DNA of 64,000 nucleotides. It comes from an uncultured delta proteobacterium. GTDB lineage: Bacteria > Myxococcota_A > Polyangia > Polyangiales > B10-G4. The stretch spans positions 209,316 through 273,315 of the forward strand of contig CAVSGI010000013.1 in NCBI GenBank assembly GCA_963727445.1, given 5' to 3'. A program made the position numbers and the translations under genes. Positions 14,614 through 23,503 of this stretch are shown here, one piece after another (within the stretch, counting starts at the first letter, position 1; every line of letters starts with the position of its first letter). The notes under the pieces are model-generated. The model was not told where the DNA came from. It saw only the letters and a program-made list of their open reading frames with translations, and did not search any database.

Positions 14614-14737
14614 CGTGTCACTCGCGATTGCGAGCGACGTGCCGAGCCGGAGCGCTGGGGATCATTGGCGAAACGAGCCTCCACCCCAGCGCTCTCTCGC
14701 GGGTTGTCCCATCAGTTGATGGGTTCACCCATCAATC

Positions 14738-14835
14738 GGGGACGGTCTACACTTTTCAACTTTCGGCCGAGCCAACGGAGACCGTCGATCGAAACCGGCG
14801 TCACCGCCGAAAGTTGAAAAGTGTAGACCGTCCCC
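14738..14835. repeat. perfect 30-bp inverted repeat (ggggacggtctacacttttcaactttcggc / its reverse complement) around a 38-nt spacer
   Basis: Arms at 14738-14767 and 14806-14835 are exact reverse complements. They are AT-rich relative to the ~70% GC background and lie between the kinase stop and the DUF1800-like gene start. Confidence 0.8.
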
Positions 14836-14836
14836 G

Positions 14837-16534
14837 TCAGTTGAGGAGCCAGCGGGCGGGGGACGAGCGGGTGTTTCGAGCGCTGAGCTCGATGGTGCGT
14901 GTGCCGAGGCTCGCGCCGTTCTCGCTGCGGAGCTCGACCCGGTGGGAGCCCACCGGCAGCTCGAGGCGCTTCGGGGCGAAGCCGCGGCTGCGGCCGTCGA
15001 CGAAGATCTCGGCGCGATGCGCGGAGGCGCCGCCGATGAGGAGAACGCCCTGCCCGGCCGGGCCCATCGCGGGAACCGGCTCGGCGGATTCTGTCATCGC
15101 GCGCGTCGGGCGGCGGCGGCGGCGGCGGATGGAAGGGGCGGATGTCTCCGTGGCCATCTCCGTCTCTGTCGCCGCCGCCGTCTCCGTCGCCGTCTCCGTC
15201 TCCGCCGCCGTCTCTGCCGCCGCCGTGTCGGTCTCGGTGTCAGTATCCGTCTCCGCCGCCGTCTCGATCTCGGTCTCCGCCGCCGTGCGGGTCTCCGTCC
15301 CGGTCGCGGCTACGACCGGCGCGGGCGCTCGTTGCGACGCGCGCAGCGCCCAAGCGCCCACCGCGACACCCACCACCAACACGAGACCAGCGATGGCGAT
15401 CACCGACCTTCGGTGCCCGCGCTCGGGCGCGAGCGAGGCCGCCTCCCCGACCTTCGCCTGCGGCGTCGCGAAGGCGGTCGGTGCCTCCCCCTCCCCGACT
15501 TCGGTCTCGGCGAGGGCCGTGCTCTCGCGGACCTCGGTCGACTCGAATTGCCGAACTCCCTCGGCGTCGGTCCCGCCGAGGACGATCTCCACGTCCAGGA
15601 GATCGTCGAGCTTGCCCGACCTCCGCACGCCGCTCTTCGGCTCCGGTCGCAGCCGCTCGAGCCATTCGCAGAGGGCGTTGCGCGGCGTCGTGCGAAGCCG
15701 CGCCGCCGCCGCTTCGCCCAGGTCCTTGGCCATCTCCGCGGCGCTCTGATAGCGCGCGCTCAGGTCGCGACGCGTCGCCTTCACGATGATGGCGCGCAGA
15801 TCCTCGGGCAGGGCATCGGTGATCTGGAGCTCACCGTCGCTGAAGAGCTGTCGCATCGCATCCGGGTCCTTCAGCGGGCTCGCACCGCGCAGGAGCGCAT
15901 GCAGAACGCAGCCGAGCGCGAAGACGTCAGTCCGCGGGTCCACAGAGCCCGCCGTCGCCTGCTCCGGGCTCATGTAGACGAGCTTGCCCTTGGCGACGCC
16001 CGCCTCCGTCTGCTCCTCGCGCTCGGTCGCCTTCGCGATCCCGAAGTCCGTGAGCTTCACGTCGCCGTTCCAAGAGACGAGGATGTTCCCCGGCGAGACG
16101 TCGCGATGGACGATCCCCATCGGCGCGCCCTTTTCGTCCTTGGCGCCGTGCGCATAGGCGAGCGCGTGGGCGATCTCCGTGCAGAGGTGGAGCGCGATGG
16201 CCTCGGGCATGGGCCGGCCGACCTCCTTCGCCCGCTTGGTGAGCGCGTGGGCGTCCATCCCGTCGACGAGCTCGAGCGCCTGGAAGGGCCGGCCGTCGAC
16301 GATGCCGTAGTCGATGACCGAGACGATGCTCGCGTGATGGAGCTGGCTGGCGATGCGCGCCTCGTCGAGGAACATCCGCGCGAACGAGGGATCCGTGTCG
16401 TGCGCGGCCAGCATCCGCTTGATCGCCACGCGCCGACTGAACCCGCGATCGCCATCGGCGGTCGCCTCGAAGACCTCGGCCATGCCGCCGTGCGCGATCC
16501 TTCGATGCACACGATAGCGCCCGACTTCGCTCAC
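14837..16534 (-). CDS. Ser/Thr protein kinase with TM segment, Thr/Glu/Ala-rich repeat linker and C-terminal PEGA-like domain
   Basis: Hanks-type kinase motifs (VAIKR, HRDVSPGNIL, DFG, SPE); TM helix; TETETAAETD repeats; C-terminal PEGA-like region (EIFVDGRSRGFAPKRLELPVGSHRVEL). Confidence 0.85.
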   Translation of the reverse strand: MSEVGRYRVHRRIAHGGMAEVFEATADGDRGFSRRVAIKRMLAAHDTDPSFARMFLDEARIASQLHHASIVSVIDYGIVDGRPFQALELVDGMDAHALTKRAKEVGRPMPEAIALHLCTEIAHALAYAHGAKDEKGAPMGIVHRDVSPGNILVSWNGDVKLTDFGIAKATEREEQTEAGVAKGKLVYMSPEQATAGSVDPRTDVFALGCVLHALLRGASPLKDPDAMRQLFSDGELQITDALPEDLRAIIVKATRRDLSARYQSAAEMAKDLGEAAAARLRTTPRNALCEWLERLRPEPKSGVRRSGKLDDLLDVEIVLGGTDAEGVRQFESTEVRESTALAETEVGEGEAPTAFATPQAKVGEAASLAPERGHRRSVIAIAGLVLVVGVAVGAWALRASQRAPAPVVAATGTETRTAAETEIETAAETDTDTETDTAAAETAAETETATETAAATETEMATETSAPSIRRRRRRPTRAMTESAEPVPAMGPAGQGVLLIGGASAHRAEIFVDGRSRGFAPKRLELPVGSHRVELRSENGASLGTRTIELSARNTRSSPARWLLN

Positions 16535-16557
16535 CCCTGGATGGTAGCATTCCGCCG

Positions 16558-17700
16558 ATGCGCCTGGTGCTCGCGTCGTTCGTTCTTCTGTGGTCGCTCC
16601 CGGCGCAACGGGCGGCTGCGGACGACCCAGCGCGCGTGCCCATCACCATCGTGGTCACCGGCGATCAGACCCTCGGCGAGTCGGTGCGCCAGGCGCTTCG
16701 GGCACAGAGCGAGCTGCCGCTGGACATCCGCCTGACCGAGCTGCCCAACGCGCCTCCCGCCGAGTCGGATTGGGTCGACTTCGAGGACATCGTCTCCAGC
16801 GCGCGCACCGCCTACATCAACGCAGACTTCGCCGCCTGTCAGGAGGCGGTCCACGACGAACACCGAACCGAGCGCCTCCTCGCGTCCGGCGATCGAACGG
16901 CCGCGGCCCGCCTCCTCTTCTGGCGAATCGCCTGTCTGGTGGGGGCTGGAGACCAGGCAGCGGCGGGCCGCGAGGCGCTGCGCTTCGCAGTCCTGGGGCT
17001 GGACTCGCCCTCCGATGTCGCCTCCGCCACGCCCGAGGTCGAGCGGGCCCTCGGAGACGCCCACCGCGCCGTCGAGGCGATGCCGCGCGTGGCGCTCCGT
17101 GTGCGTGCCAATGCGCCACGTGCCTCGGTCGGCCTGGACGGCGAGCCGGACATCTGCGCCACGCCCTGCACCGTCGACGTCGTCCCGGGCGATCACGTGG
17201 TTCGCGTCTCCGCCGACGGGAAGCTGAGCGCGGAGCGCTCCGTTCGCGTGGCCGAGGACGGCGCGCAGGTTCGATTCGCCCTCGACGAGGCCCCGCCGGA
17301 GGTGGCTGCCCAGCAGTGGACCCGCCGCTATGCGACTTCCACCGAGGTGGATTCGACCGCGTCGGTGGGCCTGCTCGCGCACGCGGCGCGGGCGCGTCGC
17401 TTCGTGCTCCTCGACGCCGACGGCCTGCGCCGCGGCGCGCGGCTCCGCGGCGTTCTCTCGGTCGATGGCGAGGTGTCGGCGCGTGCCGAGCAGCTGGCGG
17501 AGGAGACGGGAGACGTCGCCGAGCTCACCGACGACGTGCTGCGCGAGCTCCTCGTCGAGGGCGAGGTCATCGAGCCGGCGCCCGGGCTCCTGGAGCGCCC
17601 GCTCTTCTGGATCATCCTGGGCGCCGTGGTCGCCGGCGCCGTCACCGCCACCGCGCTGCTGCTGCAGCAGCCGGACGTTCGCACGAGGGTGTCGTTTTGA
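16558..17700 (+). CDS. secreted PEGA-domain protein with C-terminal TM helix, hypothetical
   Basis: Signal peptide MRLVLASFVLLWSLPA; PEGA-like region (RVRANAPRASVGLDGEPDICATPCTVDVVPGDHVVRVS); C-terminal hydrophobic helix. Confidence 0.55.
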   Translation: MRLVLASFVLLWSLPAQRAAADDPARVPITIVVTGDQTLGESVRQALRAQSELPLDIRLTELPNAPPAESDWVDFEDIVSSARTAYINADFAACQEAVHDEHRTERLLASGDRTAAARLLFWRIACLVGAGDQAAAGREALRFAVLGLDSPSDVASATPEVERALGDAHRAVEAMPRVALRVRANAPRASVGLDGEPDICATPCTVDVVPGDHVVRVSADGKLSAERSVRVAEDGAQVRFALDEAPPEVAAQQWTRRYATSTEVDSTASVGLLAHAARARRFVLLDADGLRRGARLRGVLSVDGEVSARAEQLAEETGDVAELTDDVLRELLVEGEVIEPAPGLLERPLFWIILGAVVAGAVTATALLLQQPDVRTRVSF

Positions 17701-18380
17701 CGCGCCTCACCCTGTTCCTCGTCCTCTGCTCTTTCGCCTTCGCCTGTGTCGGGGAGGAGATCAACGACATCCACCTCGCGGTCGACACCGTGGGGTTCGC
17801 CTGCGGGGAGACCCTGCCCGACGGAACCAACCGGCTGATGGTCGCGCGCGCGTACGACCCGGCGACCGCTACCGGCGAGATCAACCTGGTCGTCGACTAC
17901 CTGCGTTTCGATGGCCTGCCGAGCTGCCGGGCCAACCGCCTCGTCACCATCTGCGAAGAGGGCGGCTGCCCGATCGTGCACCGGGATTGCAAGTCGTTGA
18001 ACGCGGAGGCCGTCCTGAGCCACATCGAAGGCGACTTCACGGAGGACAAGGCGATCCAGGCCCTCGGCGCGGAGCTCTCCTCCGATCCCCTCGTGACCGC
18101 CGCCGCCCCCGATGGCGTGGTGATGATCCGCGTCGTCGCGACCGCGCAGTCGTGCGAAAGCCTCCTGCCACCGGACGGCAGCTTTCCGTATTTCGGATGC
18201 GACCGGCTCCTCGGCTGCGGTTACAGCTGTCCCGGACAGCTCGACCAGGTCTCGGGTGACGTGGAGGTGGGCCTCGAAACCTTCGGGGCCCCGTGCACGC
18301 CAGCGATGGTTTCGATCTGCTCCGCCCTCGGACAAGACCCCTTCACGGCGGACCAGCCCACGACGTGGTGCGCGCGCTGA
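17697..18380 (+). CDS. cysteine-rich lipoprotein (~227 aa), hypothetical
   Basis: Putative TTG start overlapping the upstream stop (coordinate approximate); signal LTRLTLFLVLCSFAFAC; about 14 Cys in the mature part; only the C-terminal part of ORF 16590..18380 is taken as real. Confidence 0.4.
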   Translation: MTRLTLFLVLCSFAFACVGEEINDIHLAVDTVGFACGETLPDGTNRLMVARAYDPATATGEINLVVDYLRFDGLPSCRANRLVTICEEGGCPIVHRDCKSLNAEAVLSHIEGDFTEDKAIQALGAELSSDPLVTAAAPDGVVMIRVVATAQSCESLLPPDGSFPYFGCDRLLGCGYSCPGQLDQVSGDVEVGLETFGAPCTPAMVSICSALGQDPFTADQPTTWCAR

Positions 18381-18382
18381 CC

Positions 18383-19699
18383 TCAGCGCAACCCGTGACG
18401 GCGCAACAGGTCGTTCAAATGCGAGCGATCCATCTTCGCCATTCGTGACGCCTTCGAGACGTTGCCGCCGGCTCGCTCGAGCAGGTGCGTGAGGTAGCGC
18501 CGCTCGAGCTCACCCATGAGCGCGCCGCGGGCTTCCTTCCACGGCCGGTCGAGGAGCGCGCCGATGGGATCGCTCCCGTCGATCCCCGAGGCGTCGAGAC
18601 CGACCGCGCCGACCTCCTGCGCCTCGCCCATGGCCAGCGTCGCCTCCACCCAGTTGCGGAGCTCGCGCACGTTGCCGGGCCATCGATGGGCGAGGAGCAC
18701 CTTCATCGCCGCGTCGGAGATCAAGTCGCTCACCGGCTCGTCGTAGCCACACTCGCGAAAGAAGTGCTCGACCAGGAGCGGAATGTCGTCCGGGCGCTCG
18801 CGCAGCGGCGGGAGCTTCAGCGTCACCGGCGCCAGGCGATAGAACAGGTCCAGACGAAAGCGACCGGCGTTCACGTCGGCGCGCAGATCGCGATGCGTCG
18901 CCGCCACGACGCGCAGGTCCACCGGGATCTCCTGCCGTCCGCCGAGACGCCGGAAGCTCCGCCGCTCGAGCACCCCGAGGAGGGTGGCCTGGAGCTTCTC
19001 CGGCAGCTCCCCGATCTCGTCGAGGAGGATGGTCCCGCCGTGCGCGCGCTCGAAAGCCCCCTGATGCTCGCGATCCGCGCCCGTGAAGGCGCCGCGCTCG
19101 TGCCCGAAGAGCTCGCTCGCCACGAGCGTCGGCGAGAGCGAGCCGCAATCCACCGTCACGAAGGGCCGCGTCGCCCGCGGGCCGAGGTCGTGGAGCGCCC
19201 GCGCGATCAGCTCTTTGCCCGTCCCCGACTCACCCGTGAGCAGAACGCTCACCTCGGCGAGCGCCAGGCGCTGCACCTGAGCCATCAGACGCCGCATCAC
19301 GGGAGACGTCCCGCGCACCGAGCCCAGCGCGTCCCCGCCGAGGATCTCGACGTTCGCAGACTCACCCTCGGAGACGCGCAGCGAGGTGTTGCCAACGGTG
19401 ATGAGGGTCGCCGGTGGCACGGTCACCGCCTGCGCGCGCATCCGCCCCACGAAGGTGCCGTTGGTCGAACCCAGGTCACGCAGGAGCACGCCGTCGCGCT
19501 GCGCCTCGAGCTCGAGGTGATAGCGCGACACCGTCGGGTCACGGAGCGTGAGCCCCGCGTCCGCGGCCGTGCCTACCACCAGCGTCTCCCCTTCGGCCAA
19601 CGCTGTAGCTCCGGCATCCGGCCCTTCGACCACGTCGACCCGAAGCGTCCGCACGGGAACGCCGCTCGTCGACTGGCGCACGGTGGGATCCGCGCTCAC
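18383..19699 (-). CDS. FHA domain-containing sigma-54-dependent transcriptional activator
   Basis: N-terminal FHA domain (RYHLELEAQRDGVLLRDLGSTNGTFV); AAA+ sigma-54 interaction domain ([14 protein letters not shown]); C-terminal HTH. Confidence 0.9.
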   Translation of the reverse strand: MSADPTVRQSTSGVPVRTLRVDVVEGPDAGATALAEGETLVVGTAADAGLTLRDPTVSRYHLELEAQRDGVLLRDLGSTNGTFVGRMRAQAVTVPPATLITVGNTSLRVSEGESANVEILGGDALGSVRGTSPVMRRLMAQVQRLALAEVSVLLTGESGTGKELIARALHDLGPRATRPFVTVDCGSLSPTLVASELFGHERGAFTGADREHQGAFERAHGGTILLDEIGELPEKLQATLLGVLERRSFRRLGGRQEIPVDLRVVAATHRDLRADVNAGRFRLDLFYRLAPVTLKLPPLRERPDDIPLLVEHFFRECGYDEPVSDLISDAAMKVLLAHRWPGNVRELRNWVEATLAMGEAQEVGAVGLDASGIDGSDPIGALLDRPWKEARGALMGELERRYLTHLLERAGGNVSKASRMAKMDRSHLNDLLRRHGLR

Positions 19700-19744
19700 G
19701 CGATGGAGGCTAGCACGACGCTGGACCCGGCGGGACGTGCCCGC

Positions 19745-21049
19745 TCATCCCGCGACGAGCGCGTAGACGACGCTGACCGCGGTGTAGAGAACCGACAGAA
19801 CGACCAGCAGCGCCATGACGTTGACCAGGAGGGGATGGGCGTCCACGACGGGTGCGCTGCGGCGCTGCATACGCTTCATGAAAGTCGCCGGACACTGAAC
19901 ACGGAAGTCGCCGCTGCGCACGGCCTCGAGATCGGCGATCACCTCGGCGATGCTGCTCGGGCGCTCCTCGCGCTTGGCGCGGATCACCCGACGGAGGAAG
20001 TGACGCAGCTCGGCGGGCACGGGGGCCTGCGCGGGATGCGACCAGACGCTCTCGATGATCGACGGGCAGTCGAAGCTCTGGAGGGTGGCGCAGATGGCCG
20101 CGACGTTCGGCGCGTCCTCGAGGGGGTGGCGGAGGGTGAGAAGCTCGAAGAAGAGCAGCCCCGCCGAGTAGATGTCGCTCCGCGCGTCGAGGGTGCTGGT
20201 CTCGCCGCGGGCCTGCTCGGGCGACATGTAGAGTGGCGTACCCACGATGGCGCCCGCGCGCGTCGAGACGAGCCGCGACTTGCCGTCGCCCTCGGCGTCG
20301 CCCTCCTCCCGCTCGGGTGCGATGTGGTCTTCGTCGCCGCCGATCGGCCGGGCGATCCCCCAGTCCATCAGGAGCACCTCACCGTACTCGCCGATCATGA
20401 TGTTCGCCGGCTTGATGTCGCGGTGGATCAGCCCCGCCGAGTGCGCGTACTGGAGCGCGTTGAGGAGCGAGAGGAAGATGGCGATGCGCTGTTCGAAGCC
20501 GTAATGGGCGTGCGTCTTCGGGTCCCCGGCCTTCAGCCGGTCGATCACGTCCTCGAGGGTGTCGCCCTCGATGTACTTCATCACGAAGAAGAAGGCGCCG
20601 TTCGCGTCGACCCCCACGTCGTGAATGGGCGCGATGCCCGGATGATCGAGGCGTCCGATCATGCGCACCTCGTCGACGAAGCGCGCGACCGAGGCGGGGC
20701 TGGTCACCCCGTCGCGAAGTCGCTTGATCGCGACCCGCCGGTCGATGTCGGCATCGCGGGCGAGCTCGACGACGCCCATCCCGCCCTCTCCGAGTAGCTT
20801 CTCCACCGGGTAGCGGCGCTCGTTGCGCTGCACGATGACCACGCGCCCGCCATCGTCCCGGACGTCCGGCAGGACGGTCGTCTGGTCCATCGTCGCGTCG
20901 CGCGTCGTCGAAGACAGACCGGTCGACGCGCCCGGCGCCGCGGCGTCGGCGTGAAGCGTGTCCCCGTCTCCAGTGGCCGGCGGAATGTCCGAGGTCGCGT
21001 GGCGGGTGTCCTCGAGCCCCACCCCCACGTCGCTTCCGCTGCTGCTCAT
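19745..21049 (-). CDS. Ser/Thr protein kinase with C-terminal TM anchor
   Basis: Start trimmed to MSSSGSDVG (internal MDQTTV also possible). Motifs VAIKR, HRDIKPANIM, DWG, SPE. The rest of the 893-aa ORF-track entry is out-of-frame overlap with the GH43 gene. Confidence 0.8.
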   Translation of the reverse strand: MSSSGSDVGVGLEDTRHATSDIPPATGDGDTLHADAAAPGASTGLSSTTRDATMDQTTVLPDVRDDGGRVVIVQRNERRYPVEKLLGEGGMGVVELARDADIDRRVAIKRLRDGVTSPASVARFVDEVRMIGRLDHPGIAPIHDVGVDANGAFFFVMKYIEGDTLEDVIDRLKAGDPKTHAHYGFEQRIAIFLSLLNALQYAHSAGLIHRDIKPANIMIGEYGEVLLMDWGIARPIGGDEDHIAPEREEGDAEGDGKSRLVSTRAGAIVGTPLYMSPEQARGETSTLDARSDIYSAGLLFFELLTLRHPLEDAPNVAAICATLQSFDCPSIIESVWSHPAQAPVPAELRHFLRRVIRAKREERPSSIAEVIADLEAVRSGDFRVQCPATFMKRMQRRSAPVVDAHPLLVNVMALLVVLSVLYTAVSVVYALVAG

Positions 21050-21093
21050 CGCATCAATCGTCGGCAGCGGTGCGCTCGAGGTCAAGCCCGAGC

Positions 21094-22662
21094 TCAGGGA
21101 AGCGGCTGCGACCGCCCGTTCGGGGCCGCCCGCATCGAGGGCCACCCGCCTTCGAAACGGAGGCGATCGACCAGAACCATGCGGCCCTCGGGGCCGCCTT
21201 CTCCGCCCGCGCGCCACGAGTGATAGACGAAGACCCACTCCCCGCCCGGTCCGCGAACCACCGAGCCGTGACCGGGCCCGCTGAAGGAGGAGTTGCTGGT
21301 CAATAGCGGCGCGGCCGACTTCTCGAAGGGACCGAAGGGCGAGCTCGAGCGCGCGACACCCGTGGCGTAGCGCGCGTCGTAGTACGCGTTGCCGCTGTAG
21401 AAGAGGTAGTAGTAGCCGCCCTCGTGGATCATCCACGGCCCCTCGACGAGGTTGCCCTCCCACGCGCGGTCGTTGGTGAGGATCTCCGTCCGCGTGCCGC
21501 GCAAGGTGATGCCGTCGGCCTCGAGCTCCTGGATGTAGATGGGCGTGCGCGCGCCGATGGCGTTGCCGTCGAGCTTCCAGACGAGGAAGTGACGGTCGTC
21601 CGGGGCCTCGAAGTGATGGACGTCGATCACGCCGGGGTGCGGATCGCTCAAGAGCGGCCTTCCGATGTCGGTGAATGGGCCGAGGGGATCGCTCGCGGTC
21701 GCCGCACCGAGCGCGAGGTGGCCGTCCGTCGCGCGCGCGCTGAAGTACGCGATCCAACGATCGCCGACGCGGTGGATCTCCGGCGCCCAGAAGTCGCGCG
21801 TCGCCCATGCAGGCCCGCCCGTGGGGAAGATGAATCCGTGATCTTCCCAGTGAACGAGATCCGTCGAGGTCCGGATGGGATAGATGCCGCCGCCGAAGCC
21901 GCCGGTGCAGGTGAGGACGTAGCGCTCGCCGTCGTGAAGGACGCCCGGATCCGGGCAGTCGAAGGGGATGACCGGGTTCTGGTAGAGCCCGCCGCACTGG
22001 GTGTAGCGGAAGGCCATCGGGCAGACTCCGCCCGAGAAATGCGGCTCCCATCCGTTCGACAGTGCGGCAGCCGAATTGCCGCCGCCGGCCCCGGTGCAGT
22101 CGCCGTCCCAGCTCAGGACGCCCGCGACGTCGTCGTAGCGCGCGGCGTGATCCGGCGGCGCCAGCCAAGCGTCGCCATAGCTGACGCGCGTCCCACACTC
22201 GGCCGCCGGCGGCTCGGCGCAATCGCCGCGGACGTCGAGGGCGATGACGCAGGCGGCGTGACCCGCGAAGTAGGGACGAAATCCGTTCGACAGGACGGCG
22301 TAGGAGCTCGGGCCTTCGTCGATGCAGCGGCCGTCCCAATCGACGTGCCCCTCGACGTCGTCGTACTGCGCCCGATGAGCGTCGGGATGGATCCACGACG
22401 CGCCATAGGTGATGCGGGTGCGGCACGGCGCGGGCACGGCTGCGTCGGTCCCGCCTCCGTCACCGGCTGCGGCATCCCCGACAGCGCCGCCGCCGTCGGT
22501 CGCAGCGTCCGCGGGCGGAGCGCCGTCGCTCTCTGCCGCATCGCGCATCGACACCCCCGAATCCCGACCGGTCCCCTCGACGGCGGGCCGGGCGCATCCG
22601 CCCGCCCAGGCGAGCGCCATCGCCAGGGACACCGCCGATCTCCAGTGATTCGAAGCCCTCAC
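21094..22662 (-). CDS. glycoside hydrolase family 43 protein (beta-propeller) with a duplicated N-terminal Cys-containing ~55-aa module; probable lipoprotein
   Basis: Start moved to GTG giving MRASNHWRSAVSLAMALAWAGGC. Tandem modules ITYGASWIHPDAHRAQYDDVEGHVDWDGRC / VSYGDAWLAPPDHAARYDDVAGVLSWDGDC are followed by a GH43 core (PDPGVLHDGERYVL, WAPEIHRVGDRWIAYFSA, EGPWMI). Confidence 0.75.
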   Translation of the reverse strand: MRASNHWRSAVSLAMALAWAGGCARPAVEGTGRDSGVSMRDAAESDGAPPADAATDGGGAVGDAAAGDGGGTDAAVPAPCRTRITYGASWIHPDAHRAQYDDVEGHVDWDGRCIDEGPSSYAVLSNGFRPYFAGHAACVIALDVRGDCAEPPAAECGTRVSYGDAWLAPPDHAARYDDVAGVLSWDGDCTGAGGGNSAAALSNGWEPHFSGGVCPMAFRYTQCGGLYQNPVIPFDCPDPGVLHDGERYVLTCTGGFGGGIYPIRTSTDLVHWEDHGFIFPTGGPAWATRDFWAPEIHRVGDRWIAYFSARATDGHLALGAATASDPLGPFTDIGRPLLSDPHPGVIDVHHFEAPDDRHFLVWKLDGNAIGARTPIYIQELEADGITLRGTRTEILTNDRAWEGNLVEGPWMIHEGGYYYLFYSGNAYYDARYATGVARSSSPFGPFEKSAAPLLTSNSSFSGPGHGSVVRGPGGEWVFVYHSWRAGGEGGPEGRMVLVDRLRFEGGWPSMRAAPNGRSQPLP

Positions 22663-22815
22663 GACCGTCACGGAGACAGTGAGCACCTCGCGTGCCACCC
22701 CACGCGGCGCCCGATCGCTGCCTCCGCTCCGCACCCGATGGTCAGTATCGACAGTACGAGCCGCATGGATCGACGGTTGACACCAGACCCGGCGCACGGG
22801 ACCCATCACCGGGTC

Positions 22816-23493
22816 ATGCGACCGAGCCTCGCCATCTTCTTCGCGCTATCAGCGCTCTGCGGATGCGACGGTGGTTGTGCCGAGAAAGCACCCGTCCTCG
22901 CGCCCGAGGTCGAGCGCTGCGACATGCTCACGGACGTTCAGCTCTACGTTCGGGTGACCGACGACGAGTACTGCGTCGAGACCAACGCCGGCGATTCGAC
23001 GTGCGGAGCCGGCCGCGATCTGGCTCGTGTCGCGCTCGAGGAGCTTCGCCCGCTGATGCCCAACGCAACGGTCTTGATCGTCCCCGAAACGACGGACTCG
23101 GTCCGCCTCGACGTGGCACGTGAGGCTGCGAGGGCGGCCGGCTTCGCTGCCTCGCGCACCTGCGAGGCGTACACCGACATCTGGGAGCGACGCGACGGGA
23201 GCTTCGACTACCCGCGGGACCCGTCCGGCTCCGATCACGTCTGTCCGCAGGATGCAGAGCTCTTCGAGCCCGAACGCGATCGCGGGGACAACATCCAGAG
23301 ATGGTGCCGGTTCGAAAATGGCCAGCGGCAGGGACTGTACGTCTCCTTCTCCGCCGAGACGCGCCTACCCCTCGCCGTGGGGTCATACGCTCAGAATGAG
23401 AAGCACGGTCTGTGGCTCTACTTCGACGCTCATGGGACGGTGAGCCGAGAGCAGTACTACGCGTACGGCCGACCGGTCGACCACTTCCCTTGA
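22816..23493 (+). CDS. lipoprotein with MORN/YwqK-like C-terminal repeat, hypothetical
   Basis: Start at MRPSLAIFFALSALCGC (coordinate approximate, +/-1); C-terminal GLYVSF...YAQNEKHGLWLYFDAHGTVSREQYYAYGRP resembles MORN-variant repeats. Confidence 0.45.
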   Translation: MRPSLAIFFALSALCGCDGGCAEKAPVLAPEVERCDMLTDVQLYVRVTDDEYCVETNAGDSTCGAGRDLARVALEELRPLMPNATVLIVPETTDSVRLDVAREAARAAGFAASRTCEAYTDIWERRDGSFDYPRDPSGSDHVCPQDAELFEPERDRGDNIQRWCRFENGQRQGLYVSFSAETRLPLAVGSYAQNEKHGLWLYFDAHGTVSREQYYAYGRPVDHFP

Positions 23494-23503
23494 GGCGCCG
23501 ACT

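Noticed and set aside
16590-18380. 596-aa plus-strand ORF as one gene
   Set aside because: Its N-terminal 370 aa is an Arg/Gly/Pro-rich alternative-frame reading of the PEGA protein gene (16558..17700). Only the last ~227 aa (Cys-rich lipoprotein) is kept.
19745-22426. 893-aa ORF as a single protein
   Set aside because: Only the C-terminal 435 aa (kinase) is coherent; the remainder is out-of-frame overlap with the GH43 gene.
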